This document shows positions 40,210 through 53,400 of a stretch of 64,000 nt of DNA, piece by piece. The position numbers and the translations under genes are program-made. The notes under the pieces are model-generated. The model had not been told where the DNA came from, searched no databases, and saw only the letters and a program-made list of their open reading frames with translations. The stretch comes from Nageia nagi (Eukaryota; Plantae; Pinophyta), in NCBI GenBank assembly GCA_050084985.1, contig JBITNC010000001.1, forward strand, positions 25,172,001-25,236,000, given 5' to 3'. Every line of letters begins with the position of its first letter. Positions within the stretch are counted from its first letter, which is position 1.

Positions 40210-40438
40210 ATTTTTTTTTATATTCTATAAAAAAACCCTTGTGGAGTTTCCTTGGCCTAAGAAGCCATGATTGAGGTGTATCTATTTTGTCAAATATCAC
40301 CTAGGACTTGCACCTAGCCCCAATAGTACCTATAATTTTCTACAAGATTTTTGAATATCCTCCACACATTAGAGAGGGGATTCGAACTTGGACCTCCCTT
40401 AGAGCATTACCAACTCTTCCCCATCTAGCCTAAATGGG
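40210..40438 (-). mobile_element. tRNA-derived SINE (~230 bp)
   Basis: Minus strand: A-box-like TAGGCTAGATGG (40432-40421), B-box GTTCGAATCC (40387-40378), A-rich tail ending ~40210. Flanking direct repeat TGAGTAGAAAATGAGATAA (40191-40209) / TGAATATAAAATGAGATAA (40439-40457). Confidence 0.8.
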
Positions 40439-40539
40439 TGAATATAAAATGAGATAATTTTCACTTAGCCACAACTACTACTAATATTAATGCCTAACTT
40501 GCTCAAAGTTTTTACTTTTTCTCGTTGAAGAGAACATTC

Positions 40540-41800
40540 TTTTGTAAGCTTATCAATCATGCTCTTCATGGACTTACTTAGAGAACTTTCCTAAGTATAC
40601 TCCATACATTTGATGTTTTCATTAAATATTTGAGAGTTTCTTTCAAGTTAGATATGCCACAAAGAAGCTTGCTTAGGCCCACCTGCTAAGCTACTTTCAC
40701 AATGCATGTGTATTTGAACATTACCTTCCTCCAATATTCACTAAAAGATTGGAAATTTGATGAAGGGGGAAGTTTATTATTGAAGAGATCGAACCAACAC
40801 TACCATAAAGAATATGTGAAGGAACAACAAAGAAGAGGTGATTTATAAAATCTTCTAATTTTCCATAGAGAATACATCTTGAGGATCTTGAAAAATCCTA
40901 TTTCTAAATATTTTCATCTGTAAGACAACTTCTATGGTTAATCAAGCAAGCGAACATATTAATCTTAGTCCAACTTTTGTTGTTCTAAATATAATATGAT
41001 GGTATTGGAGAGTAATATCAATTTGTAGCCTTCATTGATAAAATATACCCCTATTGGGCCATTCCCCCAACCTAATTTATCTTGTTTCTCACTACTTGAG
41101 AAAAATTCAGTTTACAAAAGACTCTAAAGTTGCTCTTTCTATCTTTGGTAACTACCCATTAGCAATTCTTGTAAAGAATACCATTGATGGAGCAAAGATG
41201 TACAATATTATGATTGTTTGAGGTAATGATAGACTTTTTCCATCTATATTGTTGAAAGGTAACTTTCAAATCCGCCATCTCTAAGAATTTATTAATAAGT
41301 GGTGGGGCTTGATTCCAAGAGTCCTCTAAAAGTCTTGTATGTTTCTTATTTCCTATATACCAAAAGAGAGGTTGATTTAGCATTGATCCTCCCAATTTCA
41401 AGGTCTTCCATAAATATATAACCATCTCCCTCCTATGAAAGGTAAGGGATAATGTCTAAATGCACCATAGGAAAATACTTGGATGTTAGAATACACTCGA
41501 CTATGTTTTTGGGATAACGATCCATCTCCAATTGAAATTTGTAGTTAGTGATTTATTATTTAAGACTAATGGTCTCACCCTTCTCCCTGAGCTTTGAGTT
41601 GGCAAACCATAATAAACATCTCATAATTTTATCAAAGTATTTCAAAACTCTTCTTAGAATAATAAAGATTGAAAATTTATAAATAGATAATAGTCATAAG
41701 ATTGTCTTAAACATAATCAATGTAGCCCCCAAATTTAACCATCTATAGATACAATGAAACATTTTGAAGTACAATCTATCGATTAGTTTTCCAACTTTAC
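40540..41800 (-). mobile_element. Decayed L1 LINE ORF2 C-terminal remnant
   Basis: WYIGNKKHTRLLEDSW resembles the post-RT W.IG.G..I.FWED.W motif; other fragments are heavily degenerate. Confidence 0.6.
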
Positions 41801-42280
41801 TGTAATCAATTGACAAACAAATAAATATGAAATTGTACCCATAAAATTAGATATTATCTTATCTTTTTCCACATGTATACTTTGACAGAAATTGTCCACT
41901 TCTTTAAGACTGATAATCTGTTAATTCAGTGGAACCCATAACGGAATGAAGAGAGAATAGCGGTGAATAGACATGAAAAAGGAAGTTAAGAGGAAGATTT
42001 TCGGTAAGAAGGCTGGAAAAAGGTTGATGAACACCCTTTGACTTGTACGTGAAATAGAAAATTAACAACTGCTTGGATTGGAATAAAAATTTAAATTCAT
42101 TTCTTACATGAAATCCCATCACAAAGCTATACAAGTCTCTCTTTCATACGTCTGTAAAGATATCAAATATGTACAATGAAAGTATGAATTACGCAACTAA
42201 GTGTACATCAACGTCATCCAAATCCAATACATTCCGCACGGCTTCAGACAGGCCATCTTTTACTTCCTGGTAAGAAATTA

Positions 42281-43513
42281 CTATAGTGCCCATAAAACCA
42301 TACAGAAGCAAAGAATACACAAAAATCCAAGCAAAGCAAAATAACGAAAGCCTCCGTAACGCCCTCTCACGGATTTAGAGAACTCCAGATTGTACTTAGA
42401 CGACATATTGGCATTCAGGATTCCCCAGTGCTGTTCGGAAATTGGTCCGCTTCTCATATTCTCATCCAACAGCCCAAACAGATATATATCCACATGTCCC
42501 ACGCGCCTCAGAGGCGTCCCGGGCTGCACCTGGGAAAGAACATGCCGAACCACCCTCTCGTTATACATCGCCGCATTCTCCACGTTCGCATCCCCCTCGT
42601 TGGGATCGCCGGCCGACGGCCACCCGGTTTCCGTCACGACCACCGGAATATCGTCGTAGCCTAGGGCACCCATGGCGCTGACGACGGCATCGACAAGACA
42701 GTCGAAAAGATTCCCGTATCGTAGTCCGTTGGCGGGGTCCTCAATGTAGTTGAGGGTGCCCTCCTCGAAAAGAGCGTAGCCCAGGGGGATCGTGGGCTCC
42801 GAACGGTAGACCACGTAGGGATATATGTTGACAAGAAACGAGCCATTCGTGGAGGCCAGAAAATCGAGCGACGGTTTGATGACGGTGTCCACAACGTCGT
42901 CCTGGAACTCACCCGCAGAGGGCGGGAAGGCGGTCGACAGAACATCCAGCGAATGTGAGGTCGACACGTGTATGTCGTTCCCGAGGCCGAGCTCCGCCAG
43001 CGCCACGTGGAGGTTGCGCATCGCCGGGAGCAGGAACTCGGCGAGCTCCGGCGCCGTCGCCAGGACTTCGTTGCCGACGGAAATGGTGGCGATACGCGTA
43101 CGAGGGAAAAAGGGCTGGACGTAACGGGCGAACCAGTGTCGGGATTCGCTGCTGTTGGAGGCCATGCGAGGGATCAAGCCGTTGGGGACGTTGATGATGA
43201 GGGAAATGCCCGTATACGCAAAGGCCCGGAGGACGTCCGGATTTGCGTCCAGGAGTCGGACACGGGTTATTTTCATGGACTGTAAAAGACTCACCACCTG
43301 CGCAGGCTGAGGGAGGTTGTTTCCCGTTTGGCCGTAGTTCACTCCTACCCATCTCGAGTCGGCTGATCAAGAAAAGAAACAAAACCTTCATCAAAAGATT
43401 TCTACAGAAGGAAATTGAAGTATTTGATCTTGATCTTTGTTTTCTATACCTTTGGCGGCGAGGATGAGCGTGAAGATCAGCAGCAGCGAGAAACCGAGCC
43501 TGGAGCTCATCAT
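42281..43513 (-). CDS. Glucan endo-1,3-beta-glucosidase (GH17), 2 exons: 43513-43450 and 43362-42281, 381 aa, likely GPI/membrane anchored
   Basis: Exon 1 encodes signal peptide MMSSRLGFSLLLIFTLILAAK. An 87-bp phase-1 GT..AG intron (43449-43363) joins it in frame to ADSRWVGVNYGQTGNNLP. Catalytic motifs VGNE and VTETGWPS; hydrophobic C-terminus; no X8 domain. Confidence 0.93.
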
Positions 43514-44549
43514 GGTAGTGGTTGTTGTTGGCCCCAGATGTTGTGGGCTTGCGGAAGCTTTCGGGTGTGAGGGCAGGAAGAGATTGAGCCCAACGCAGGT
43601 TCCTTTTCTCCGAAGACGGACTGGCAGAGATGTGTTCTAGTAACGGCTATTCGGGCAAAGAACGTGAGGCTTTCAAGAAATTGTTGTGTACAACCTCTTT
43701 GCAAAATTTCTTAATCGATTGAAGATATCGTTACTCAAGAAATACCTCCCAAGTAATCTCTACCCCATCCGCCACCCTTCAAACGTCTTATTCGTTTCTA
43801 CCTCAATCAAATTGTAACAACACCAACAAGAGGTTTTAACAATTATTTGGACTTTTTAACTTCTATCAAAGCAACATTACTTCCAAGAAACATCAAAATT
43901 AAGTTAAAATTAATCAAATTTCACAAAAGATTGTGTATTAGTACGATTTCAGTCATTCATTCCTCTTTTGTTTAAGATATCTTCAAAGAAAGAAAATTAT
44001 TATACAAAAAATTATAAAATTAAATAAATAAAATTAAACTATAGTTAGAAGATACATTAGCACTACTAAAAATACATATAAAAAATTACTCGAATTCTGC
44101 TTATATATTACAAGGTGATTCATGGTATCTACTTATAGATAGATGAGAAATCATTCATGATTTAATTAAGTCCTAAATTCATGAACTTTCTTTTGTGACA
44201 TATATTTATGGAGGTTACAAATTCAACTATGACTCCCTTGATTCTTATAGAATAATAAGAAAACTTAAATTATTATTTATGAGAAAACTTTGACCTAAAC
44301 TATGTACTTATATGAGATGCAATCTCAAATTGGGTCTTTACTAAGAATTTATAACATTAACCACAAAACTTAGTGTGATCGAACAAACCAATTTAACTTT
44401 AAACACTAACAATAGACCATTTAGGACTTAAGAAACTAATCGATGAGCTACTTTAAATTGCATAAGTTTATCAAATTATTCATCACATTAAGAAATGAAA
44501 GTATGGACTCATATGATAAATGCAATATCTCTAAGCATTAAACTACCTT

Positions 44550-44843
44550 TCCTTATGGTTATCGTAATCCAAAACATGGGATAATATTTTGTTACTAGAA
44601 GATTATTAAGCATATTTTTATCTTATATTATGGTTATGGTAATCTAATTTACATGGGTTAGATGTATGGATACTGAGGTATCACATGGTTAGGAAACCTA
44701 TTCATAGGTAAGGTGATTTAGAGTTTAGGAAACCAATTAATGGAAAAATTATGATTATGATAGTCCAATACATGGGTAGGTATATGATACGAGAAGATAA
44801 CATGGTTAATGAACCTACTCACATGTCATATGAAGTAGAGTTT
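44550..44843. repeat. Degenerate ~119-bp tandem repeat, left part
   Basis: TATG.TTAT..TA.TC.AA.ACATGGG units with CATGGG at 44575, 44652, 44771; related unit at 59999-60140. Confidence 0.65.
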
Positions 44844-46400
44844 TTTTTTTTATAGTTTAATAAATCTTTTATTAATTCAAAAATAATGTTGCATATTTAC
44901 ATAGTCTATTTGCAAGGAAAAAAATAAAAGTATTTTACCAATCTATAAGTCCATCTTAGCAAAACTAGAGGTGGAGGATGAAGTTGATTGGATTTTTCTT
45001 GCATAGAACGATCTCCCAAAATTTGTAATGTATCCTCAAAAATTAGCTGCAAATGCATAAGTGAATAACATGAAAAATCATAATCAATTTACCAATATAC
45101 CACATGAAAGCTAGATATATGTGATCATTAGAGTGGACTTTAATCCGAAATCCATAACATTCTAATGGAGTTTGAAGTTTCATGATATGATAAGTGACAT
45201 CCATGGAAGTAGGATGGAGATTTCAAGATTGGATTCATGGTTGCTAGTGGAGTGAACAATCCAAATATGGCTTAGTTGGGCCTCGATCTTATCTTAGAAT
45301 ATTGCATCCATAGTACTAAATTTTTGTCTAAAGATTGTTATTTAGCTCAATCCATAGATCTAGTGAGATCATAGTAGGGGAAGAGAACCAAATAACTAAA
45401 GGAACCTTTCTAGATGATAAATATAAGCAAGATAGTAGCAAATTCCTAATACACCATGGGGTAGCCTAAGAAAAGGAGAACATGTTGATAAAGTGGACCT
45501 AAATTTTTAGAGAAAAAGGGTAATGAAGAAGCAAGTGAGAACTTATTTCCTTTGAATAATTGGACATGATACATCACCAAATATCAGGCCAACCTCACTT
45601 AACTAGTTATTAACCAAATAGAAATTTATTGTGGACTACTTCCTATAAGCAAAAAATGACCTTAGGTTAAAGATTTAGATTGGGGGCCTAAGAAATTTTA
45701 TCCTCCTCATCTAAATTTAGTTTATATTACAAAAGCAATGACTCAAGTGTTTTTTTTGTTCAATATTGAATTCTATGGTGATCATGGCTATACTTCACCA
45801 TTTGGGGATTTATTTTCCATCAAATTCAATCCATGTTCAACATAATTAGAAATGTATTCTTCCATTAGTGGATTGAGAAAGGCATGAAGATGTTTGAAAT
45901 TATCTATCTAAGCAAGGGAAATTATTGTTCACCATGTATCCTCCCAGAAATGGACTTTGTCTCCTCTTCCAACTACCCATTTTAGGAGATGTAAGATGTG
46001 AGTCCTAAATTTCCTCATCCTATTCCATGTCATGGAGATAAAAGGTAGATCTACTGAGTGGGGAGATATCTCATCTAAGTACTTTGACCTTAATGCCTAA
46101 CTTTAGTGGAAGAATGGTTTCTTTCTAACACTACTAAAGGAGCTTAACTAGTAAGGTAATGCTAGTTATACCAAGGTTTTTTATTCTAAGCCCTCCAAAC
46201 TTCAAATATGAGCAGATAATTATCCAGGCAACTAGATGAACCTTTTTTTCCTTAGAATTACCATGTCATAAAAAATTTTGCATCAAAATTTCAAGTTGTT
46301 GCTTGATTTTTTCAGGAATCCAAATAACCCCTAGCTAGAAGACTAAATGAGAGGATAACATGCAAAATATGCTCATTAAATTACTAAGAAAATGAAATAT
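44841..46400 (-). mobile_element. Decayed L1 LINE 3' portion with poly(A) tail
   Basis: T11 at 44841-44851; minus strand HLVAWIIICSYLKFGGLRI and WVVGRGDKVHFWEDTW. Confidence 0.8.
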
Positions 46401-47488
46401 GATACATATACAATTCTCTAATGGAACTAGATTACTAAGATATTATTTGAGAATGGTATTCTCATGTTCAATCAAATATGTTACATAATATTATCAAATC
46501 CTTTTAAAATCCTTAACAAACCACTAAAATACACTCCTACATGTTCCAAATATTTACAACAACAAGCCATACAAAAATAGAAACAAACAAAGCTAAGGAA
46601 CTAACAAAAAACCAAAAATAATCACACTCTTCCCATGGAATAGTGCATATCAATATGCATAAAATTGACTAATTAGAATTCAATCATTCTAAGGAATTTG
46701 CATAACCCTTTAAGTGATTTAGGCAAAGGCAAAATCCTCATATCTATAATCTTTTGGAGATCTTCCTTAATACCTTCCTCTGAAATGATATGTTTGAGGT
46801 ATTCAATCTCTTGTTGTTCAAAGGAACACTTTGAATGAATGGAATACAATTGATTATCTTGGAGGATTTGTAAAGTTTGATCTAAGTGGGCCAGGTGGTC
46901 CTCCCAAATTTTGATGTAGATCAAGATATCATCAAAGAAAACTAAAATAAACTTTCAAAGGTAGGGGCAAAATACTTAATTCATCAAGCTCTAGCAGGTA
47001 GACGGAGCATTGGTAAGATCAAATGGCATCACCAAAAATTCATAATGACATTCATGTGTGCATAAAGTTATTTTTGGGATGTCCTCCTCATAGAGCTGAA
47101 TATGATGAGAACATGACTATAAATCTAATTTGGAAAAGAATTTGGCACCATGCAATTCATCAATGATAGGAATAGGAAATTTATCCTTTGCCATGATTCT
47201 GTGAGAACTCAAAATTCAATGTACATGTGCCATGACCCATCCTTCTTTCATACTAGCAAGATAGGGGAAGAGTAAGGGTTGATGCTTGGTTGAATGATTC
47301 CTACCTCCAACATATCCTACACTAATTATTTGATTTCATTCTTCTATAGGATTGGATAATGGTAGGGTTAAATATTGGGTGGTTGAATTCTTTGCACAAG
47401 TTATATGGTATGGTCATGAGGGTGGTTTGGTGGTAATCTCTTGAATTCTTTAAAAATTATTTCATGATATTTCAAGAGTTGTTACAAT

Positions 47489-50400
47489 TGAAAGAATTGA
47501 ACTATAACAAGAACAATATTAAACTATCGAGATCACATGAAAGCTCTTAATTCACATCTAACTTACAACACAAAGTAATCTCATAAAGATAACATAATAT
47601 GTAAGTGGTTACTCCAACTAGGAGTACATCCACTAACTAGATCTTTACTCCAATCACAAATAAAACTCTCTTACAATCCTCCTAATCTCAACTCCTACAC
47701 TTCTATCCTATAGCATAACTTTACTCTACAAATTGGTGTGTGATCACAACAAAAGAGCCTCCTATTTGTAGGCCAAAATCCTTCTTTGGATCATTTTTTT
47801 ATCCAATGTACAAAAGCATGATATGCACATCCTTTTACCCAAGGGGCATGCTCATGACATGGAGTGTAGGACAAGTTACATTATGATATTCACTTAAATA
47901 CTTAAGGTATCAAATTATACCTTTAAGTATTAGTGAATTTACATAGAAAATTTAATACAAACCTTTACAATAATGCATTATACATTCCAACACTACCCCT
48001 TAATGTAATATTAGGATAGAGTGAGTAAGAGAGAAGAATAAGAGAAAGTAAGAGAGTTCTCCTCCAAATAGATACAATAAAGATGAGAACTTTTTACATA
48101 TTTATGAAGTAAGAAAGATTTAGTTTGAGACTCACTACTTTTTCAAATACAATCATTAACCACAATCAATTTCAATGTATATGAATTAGTCATCCAACTA
48201 GAAGTCATGAAGAGTCTCCAAGAGCCTACATAACTAAGGTACGTAACTTGTAATCTCAAAAGAACTTACAAGTCATAAGCAGATCAAATAATAAGATCAT
48301 ATATATGCATCATATTCATATTAACAAGGATAGATGAATCACACAAATGCCATCATGAGCTGATCAATGGTGTACTATAAGTCATCACGAAGATGCCATG
48401 CCAAAAACTTATAGTCACCTACTATATATAAAACATGTGTTGATTATCATTACAAAATAGAATATGCACATATGAGTTCCTCACATATGGATAACTGAAC
48501 AGTGTCAAAAGACACATAAGAGTTCTTCACACATGGATAACTGAACAGTGCTAGATTGATAAAAAAATAGAGTATGCACATACAAGTTCCTCACATATAG
48601 ATAACTAAATAGTGCCAAAAAATACATAAGAGTTCTTCACAAATGGATAATTGAACAGTGTAAGATTGGCTAATTTGTACAATAAGTTCCTCACACAGAG
48701 TGAACTTACCATGAAGGTGTACAACAAAATCAACACTATACAATGCAAAATCCTCTTAGGGCATAAACATGAATTCAACATAAGAATTCAAACTTTAGTT
48801 CCCCTTGAGGGCAACTTCACCAACCTGATAGCATCCTTAAGCTTACAGAACTAAGCTTCCAAGAGGGCTTGGTGAACAAATTAGTAGAGTTCAAGGTGGA
48901 TGGACAATACTCTAGGTGTATGATGCCATCAAGAACCTTCTCCTTGATAAAATGGAATTAGATTTCCATATGTTTTATTCTTTGATGGAACACTGGATTC
49001 TTAGCCAAAGAAATAGTTGATTGATTATCTGAAGAGATCAAATATGAGCGACCTTGCTCATACCTAATTTATTTCAAAATATGCCTTAATCAAATGGCTT
49101 CTTAGGTTGCAACAAACATGGCATGATATTCAACCTTTATGGTGAAAAGAGAAATAGTAGGTTGCTTCTTGGAAGCCCAAGAGATAGCACTTGAATGAAT
49201 GCTAAACACATACGTAGAGGTTGAATTCTTATCATCTCTATCTCCCCCATAGTTAGAATCTAAGAATCCAAAGAGAATAAATGAGGGTAACTTAGAATAC
49301 TTGAGAGTAAGATCCTTAGTCCCTATAACATACCTCAAGATTTGCTTAACAGCATTGAGATGCTCAACATATGATTTTTGCATGAATCATGCCATCAAAT
49401 TCACTGCAAAGGCAATAACTAGCATGGATATAGTCAAATACAAAAGACTACCAATTAATTACCTATAAGCTGTAGCATCAATTAACTGAGAGTTAAAGCA
49501 TAGAGAAATAGTGATTTCAGGAGAGATTAGGATTGCAACATATCTACACTCCATTCCAAACTTCTACAAGATGTCTAATATATACTTAGATTGATTGAGG
49601 TAAGTATAATCCTTGTATTGATACACTTGTATTCCAAGATAGTAGTGCAAGAGACCAAGATTAGTCATTTCAAACATTACTTTAAATTTTAATATGCACT
49701 CTTGAATGATTTCATCATTATTTTTAATAATCAAAAGATCATCCACATAAAAGAGAATCAAGACCACATCTTTTCCTTGATTGAGCACATATAGATTAGA
49801 GTCAAAAAAATATTTGAAGAAACCAATGTCTGCAAAGTCCCATGAAATCTTTCTGTACCAAGCTTGAGGTGCTTGCTTAAGTCCATACAAATACTTATTT
49901 AGCTTGCATACAAAGGACTCTTTTCTTTCCATAATAAACCTTTTTGATTGATTCATGAAGATTTCCACATCCAAGTCACCATTGAAAAATGCACTCTTGA
50001 CATCAAGTTGAAAAACTTTCCATATTTGAGCTGTAGAAAGAGCAAGGATAACTCTCATAGTAGGCATATTTGCCATAGGAATAAAGGTTTTCTCATAATC
50101 TACATCATATTTCTAATCAAAACATTTAGCTACTAACCTTGCATTGTATTTTTCAGTATCTCTAACTGAATTGAACTTGATCTTGTAGATCCACTTATTG
50201 CCAATCACATTCTTATCATTGGGATAAGGAATAAAGTCCCAAATTTTATTTTTCATAAGCATCTTATACTCTACTTTCATGGCTTCCATTCAGCACTCAT
50301 GCTTAGAAGCTTCTTTGAAGGTTGAGGGGGCTCATGGTTGTTGTCAATCTTGGTAATTAAGGATTTATTCAAGGTCATGCTCCTTGTTATCCTTTATGTT

Positions 50401-53400
50401 GGAGAATTTCATTTCTGAGGTGACTTGTTTACATCAATATCCAACTAGATAGGAGCAACTAAAGAGTCCTTTGGATCATTAACATCCTCGTTAGAAGTAG
50501 ATTCTTTAAGAAGTTCATTGAACTTTACATCCCTTGAAATGAACACTGCTTTATACGTTGGAGACTAGATCTTGTAGCCTCTATGTTGATTGTCATAACC
50601 CATAAAGATGCATTTTTCAACTCTTTTATCTAACTTCTACTTTTTCTCAGAAATAATGTAGAAGAAGCTTCACAACCAAACACCCTAAGGTGTGAAATGT
50701 TAGGTTTATTTTTAACCATGCCTCAAAAGGAGTTTTTATCTAAACAACTTTTATGGGACACCTATTTAAGGTGTAAATAATAATGCTCATAGCTTCACCC
50801 CATAGGAACTTAGGAAGATTACCCAACATGCATCTAGCCATATCCATAATTATTTTATTTTTTCTTTCAATAACACTATTTTGCTAAGGAGTGTATGGAA
50901 TTGTAAACTGCCTCTTGATTCCATACTTAGCATAGTAGTCATTGAACTCATTACTATTATATTCTTCTCCATTTTTTGATCTCAACATCTTAATTTTAAG
51001 GTTAGTTTTATTCTTAATAAAGGCCTTAAAAACCTTAAAACTTTCAAAGGTTTGATCCTTTTGCTCAAGTATATACCCAAAAGTCATCTTACTAAAGTCA
51101 TTAATGAAGGTCAAGATGTAAGATGCTCCTCCTAGTGACTTAGTTTAAAATGGACCCATTAAATCTGAATGCACAAGTTGAAGAGATTGAGATGCACTTA
51201 TTGCCTTATCTTTTTCAAATTTTTATCTATGCATCTTGCTAAGAATGCACTTCTCACATAGACCCATTAAAGAAGAAATTGAAGGCAAACCTTCCATAAG
51301 TTCTTAATCTTTCATGACTTGAAATACTCTTATGGTTAAGGTGCCTTATACGATGGTGCCAAATATTACCTTTAAAACACATACTAGAAGTAAGACACAT
51401 CTTTAATAGAACTTGATCCATAATGTAAAGGTTATCTTTCACTAATCCTTTAACCAAAGTGGTAAGTCCTTTCTTAATGCACCAGGATTGAGAGTTGAAC
51501 TCAAGAGTACCCTTTTCTAACAACTTGGATCATAGAGAGAAGTTTCATCATTAGCTTAAGAACATAGAGAATATTTTCAAGAATCTTTCCGTGAATTAAC
51601 ACACTCCTAATTCCTTAGAATTCAAGGGTAGAGCTATCACCTATCATGACTATATCCTTATTATACTTGTGAAAGTTCTTAAACTTTTATTTTTCAAAGC
51701 ATAGGTGATTAGTGCAACTAGAGTCAACAATCCAATCAGATGAAAAAGTATGAGACATAGAGTAGAGTGTCACAACATCAACATAAGTATTTTTATTTTC
51801 TTTATAGTTTTCTATATTTCCATTTTTTAATTCTTTTTCTCTCTTTTCTTTTTGTAGCAATCAATTTCTTTATAACCTTGAATACCATGATAGTTACAAT
51901 TGCCATCAAACTTTTTCTTAGGATAAAGAGTGTTTACTTTACCTTTTCCATCTCTTTTCTTGAAATGATTATTGTTGTTGTTATTTCTACTGCTCTGATT
52001 GTTGTTTCTATTGCTATTGTAGCCATTACCTCTTTTATCAAACCTTTTAAAGGAAGAAGGATAAGATTTTTTTTTATGTTTGAACTTCTTTTTGAAAGGA
52101 GTTTTGGTTGCACCAAGGGCAACGTTATTATCTTTAAGAGAAGAAATAAACACCTTATTGTTAAGGGTTTTCTCATGCTTCAATAGGTGCCTAAACAAGT
52201 TTTCAAGGGAGATAAATTCTTCTTCATCATCAAGCCTTATTTCCATAATTGTTACAAAGTTTTTAAACTTTAAAGAGAGGCTTTGAAGAATGATGAATAC
52301 CATGAACTCATCATTAATTCAATTGCATCCACAAGCAACAAGTTAGGTTCTTAGATCAATAATTTTATTCAAGTAGATGGAAACATTTTCATCTTTCCTT
52401 TGGCAAGATTGAAGTAACTTTTAGAGTATGGTAAATCTTCTTGAAACATTTGAACCAAGGTAGATTTGTTTAAGCTTATCCAATGCTTCTAAAACTACAT
52501 GGTAAATCATGGAGGTTGCCAACTTATTCTTTATTTTGTAAGCTTCTAGTACCTTCTCATTTGTAGAAGGTACAAGTTTCTCATTCACTATTTACCATAA
52601 CTTCTTTGCCTATAATTTGACTCTCATTCGAGGTTCCCAAATCTTGTTGTTGGAACCATCAAGTATGTGTTTGGGTAAAAAGGATTTTGTCATTTGCTAC
52701 ACAAAACATGTGAAATAATAAGCATGTGTTTTCAATAAATAAAATGTTAAGTTTTAATACATGCTACATTTAACACTAAATACATGCTTAATTTGATTCA
52801 TAAATACAAATATTTTACAATTCAAATAATAACCCATGTACCCAAATATATTTCTCATCTCAAGAATCATAGATGTAGAGTGACATTGTTGAGGTTTATT
52901 TTCTTATCTAAAATTAGACCTTCACTTGGATGCCCACACAAGAGTAGCCCAAGTACTACCAATCCTCAACCAGTTTCCCTTGGGCTACAATATACTCTCA
53001 TAAAGAGAAGTACTAGCTATTTTTTAAGGTTTTGACATTTATTGAATCAACCAAATTATTAATCTTGATTAGGTTTCAAGTTATCCTCTTAGGTTATTAG
53101 GATAATCCTTGAATGGACATGGAGACATGTGGTATCACTACACATATGCCTATCCACCTAATAGAGTTATGTTTAGACCAACAGAGGACTTAGGGGAAAT
53201 TAAGAAGTACAATTTTTTCACCACTTGGATCATTGAACTTAAAGGCTCCAGTTCGCTTGTCCTCACCTCATGGCTCTCCAAACAAGTTATGTTGCAGAAT
53301 ATATGTGTGAATGTATTCATTTTAGAGGGTTGATCATATCAATATTTGCATTTTTATTTGCATAAGCAAATAAATCAAAGTGCAAAACATAAAATAAAAT

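Noticed and set aside
40370-40438. Functional tRNA gene
   Set aside because: A and B boxes are present but I see no convincing cloverleaf; the tail and TSD indicate a SINE.
42390-43467. Multiple overlapping ORFs across the glucanase
   Set aside because: Shadow ORFs of GC-rich coding sequence with no recognisable motifs.
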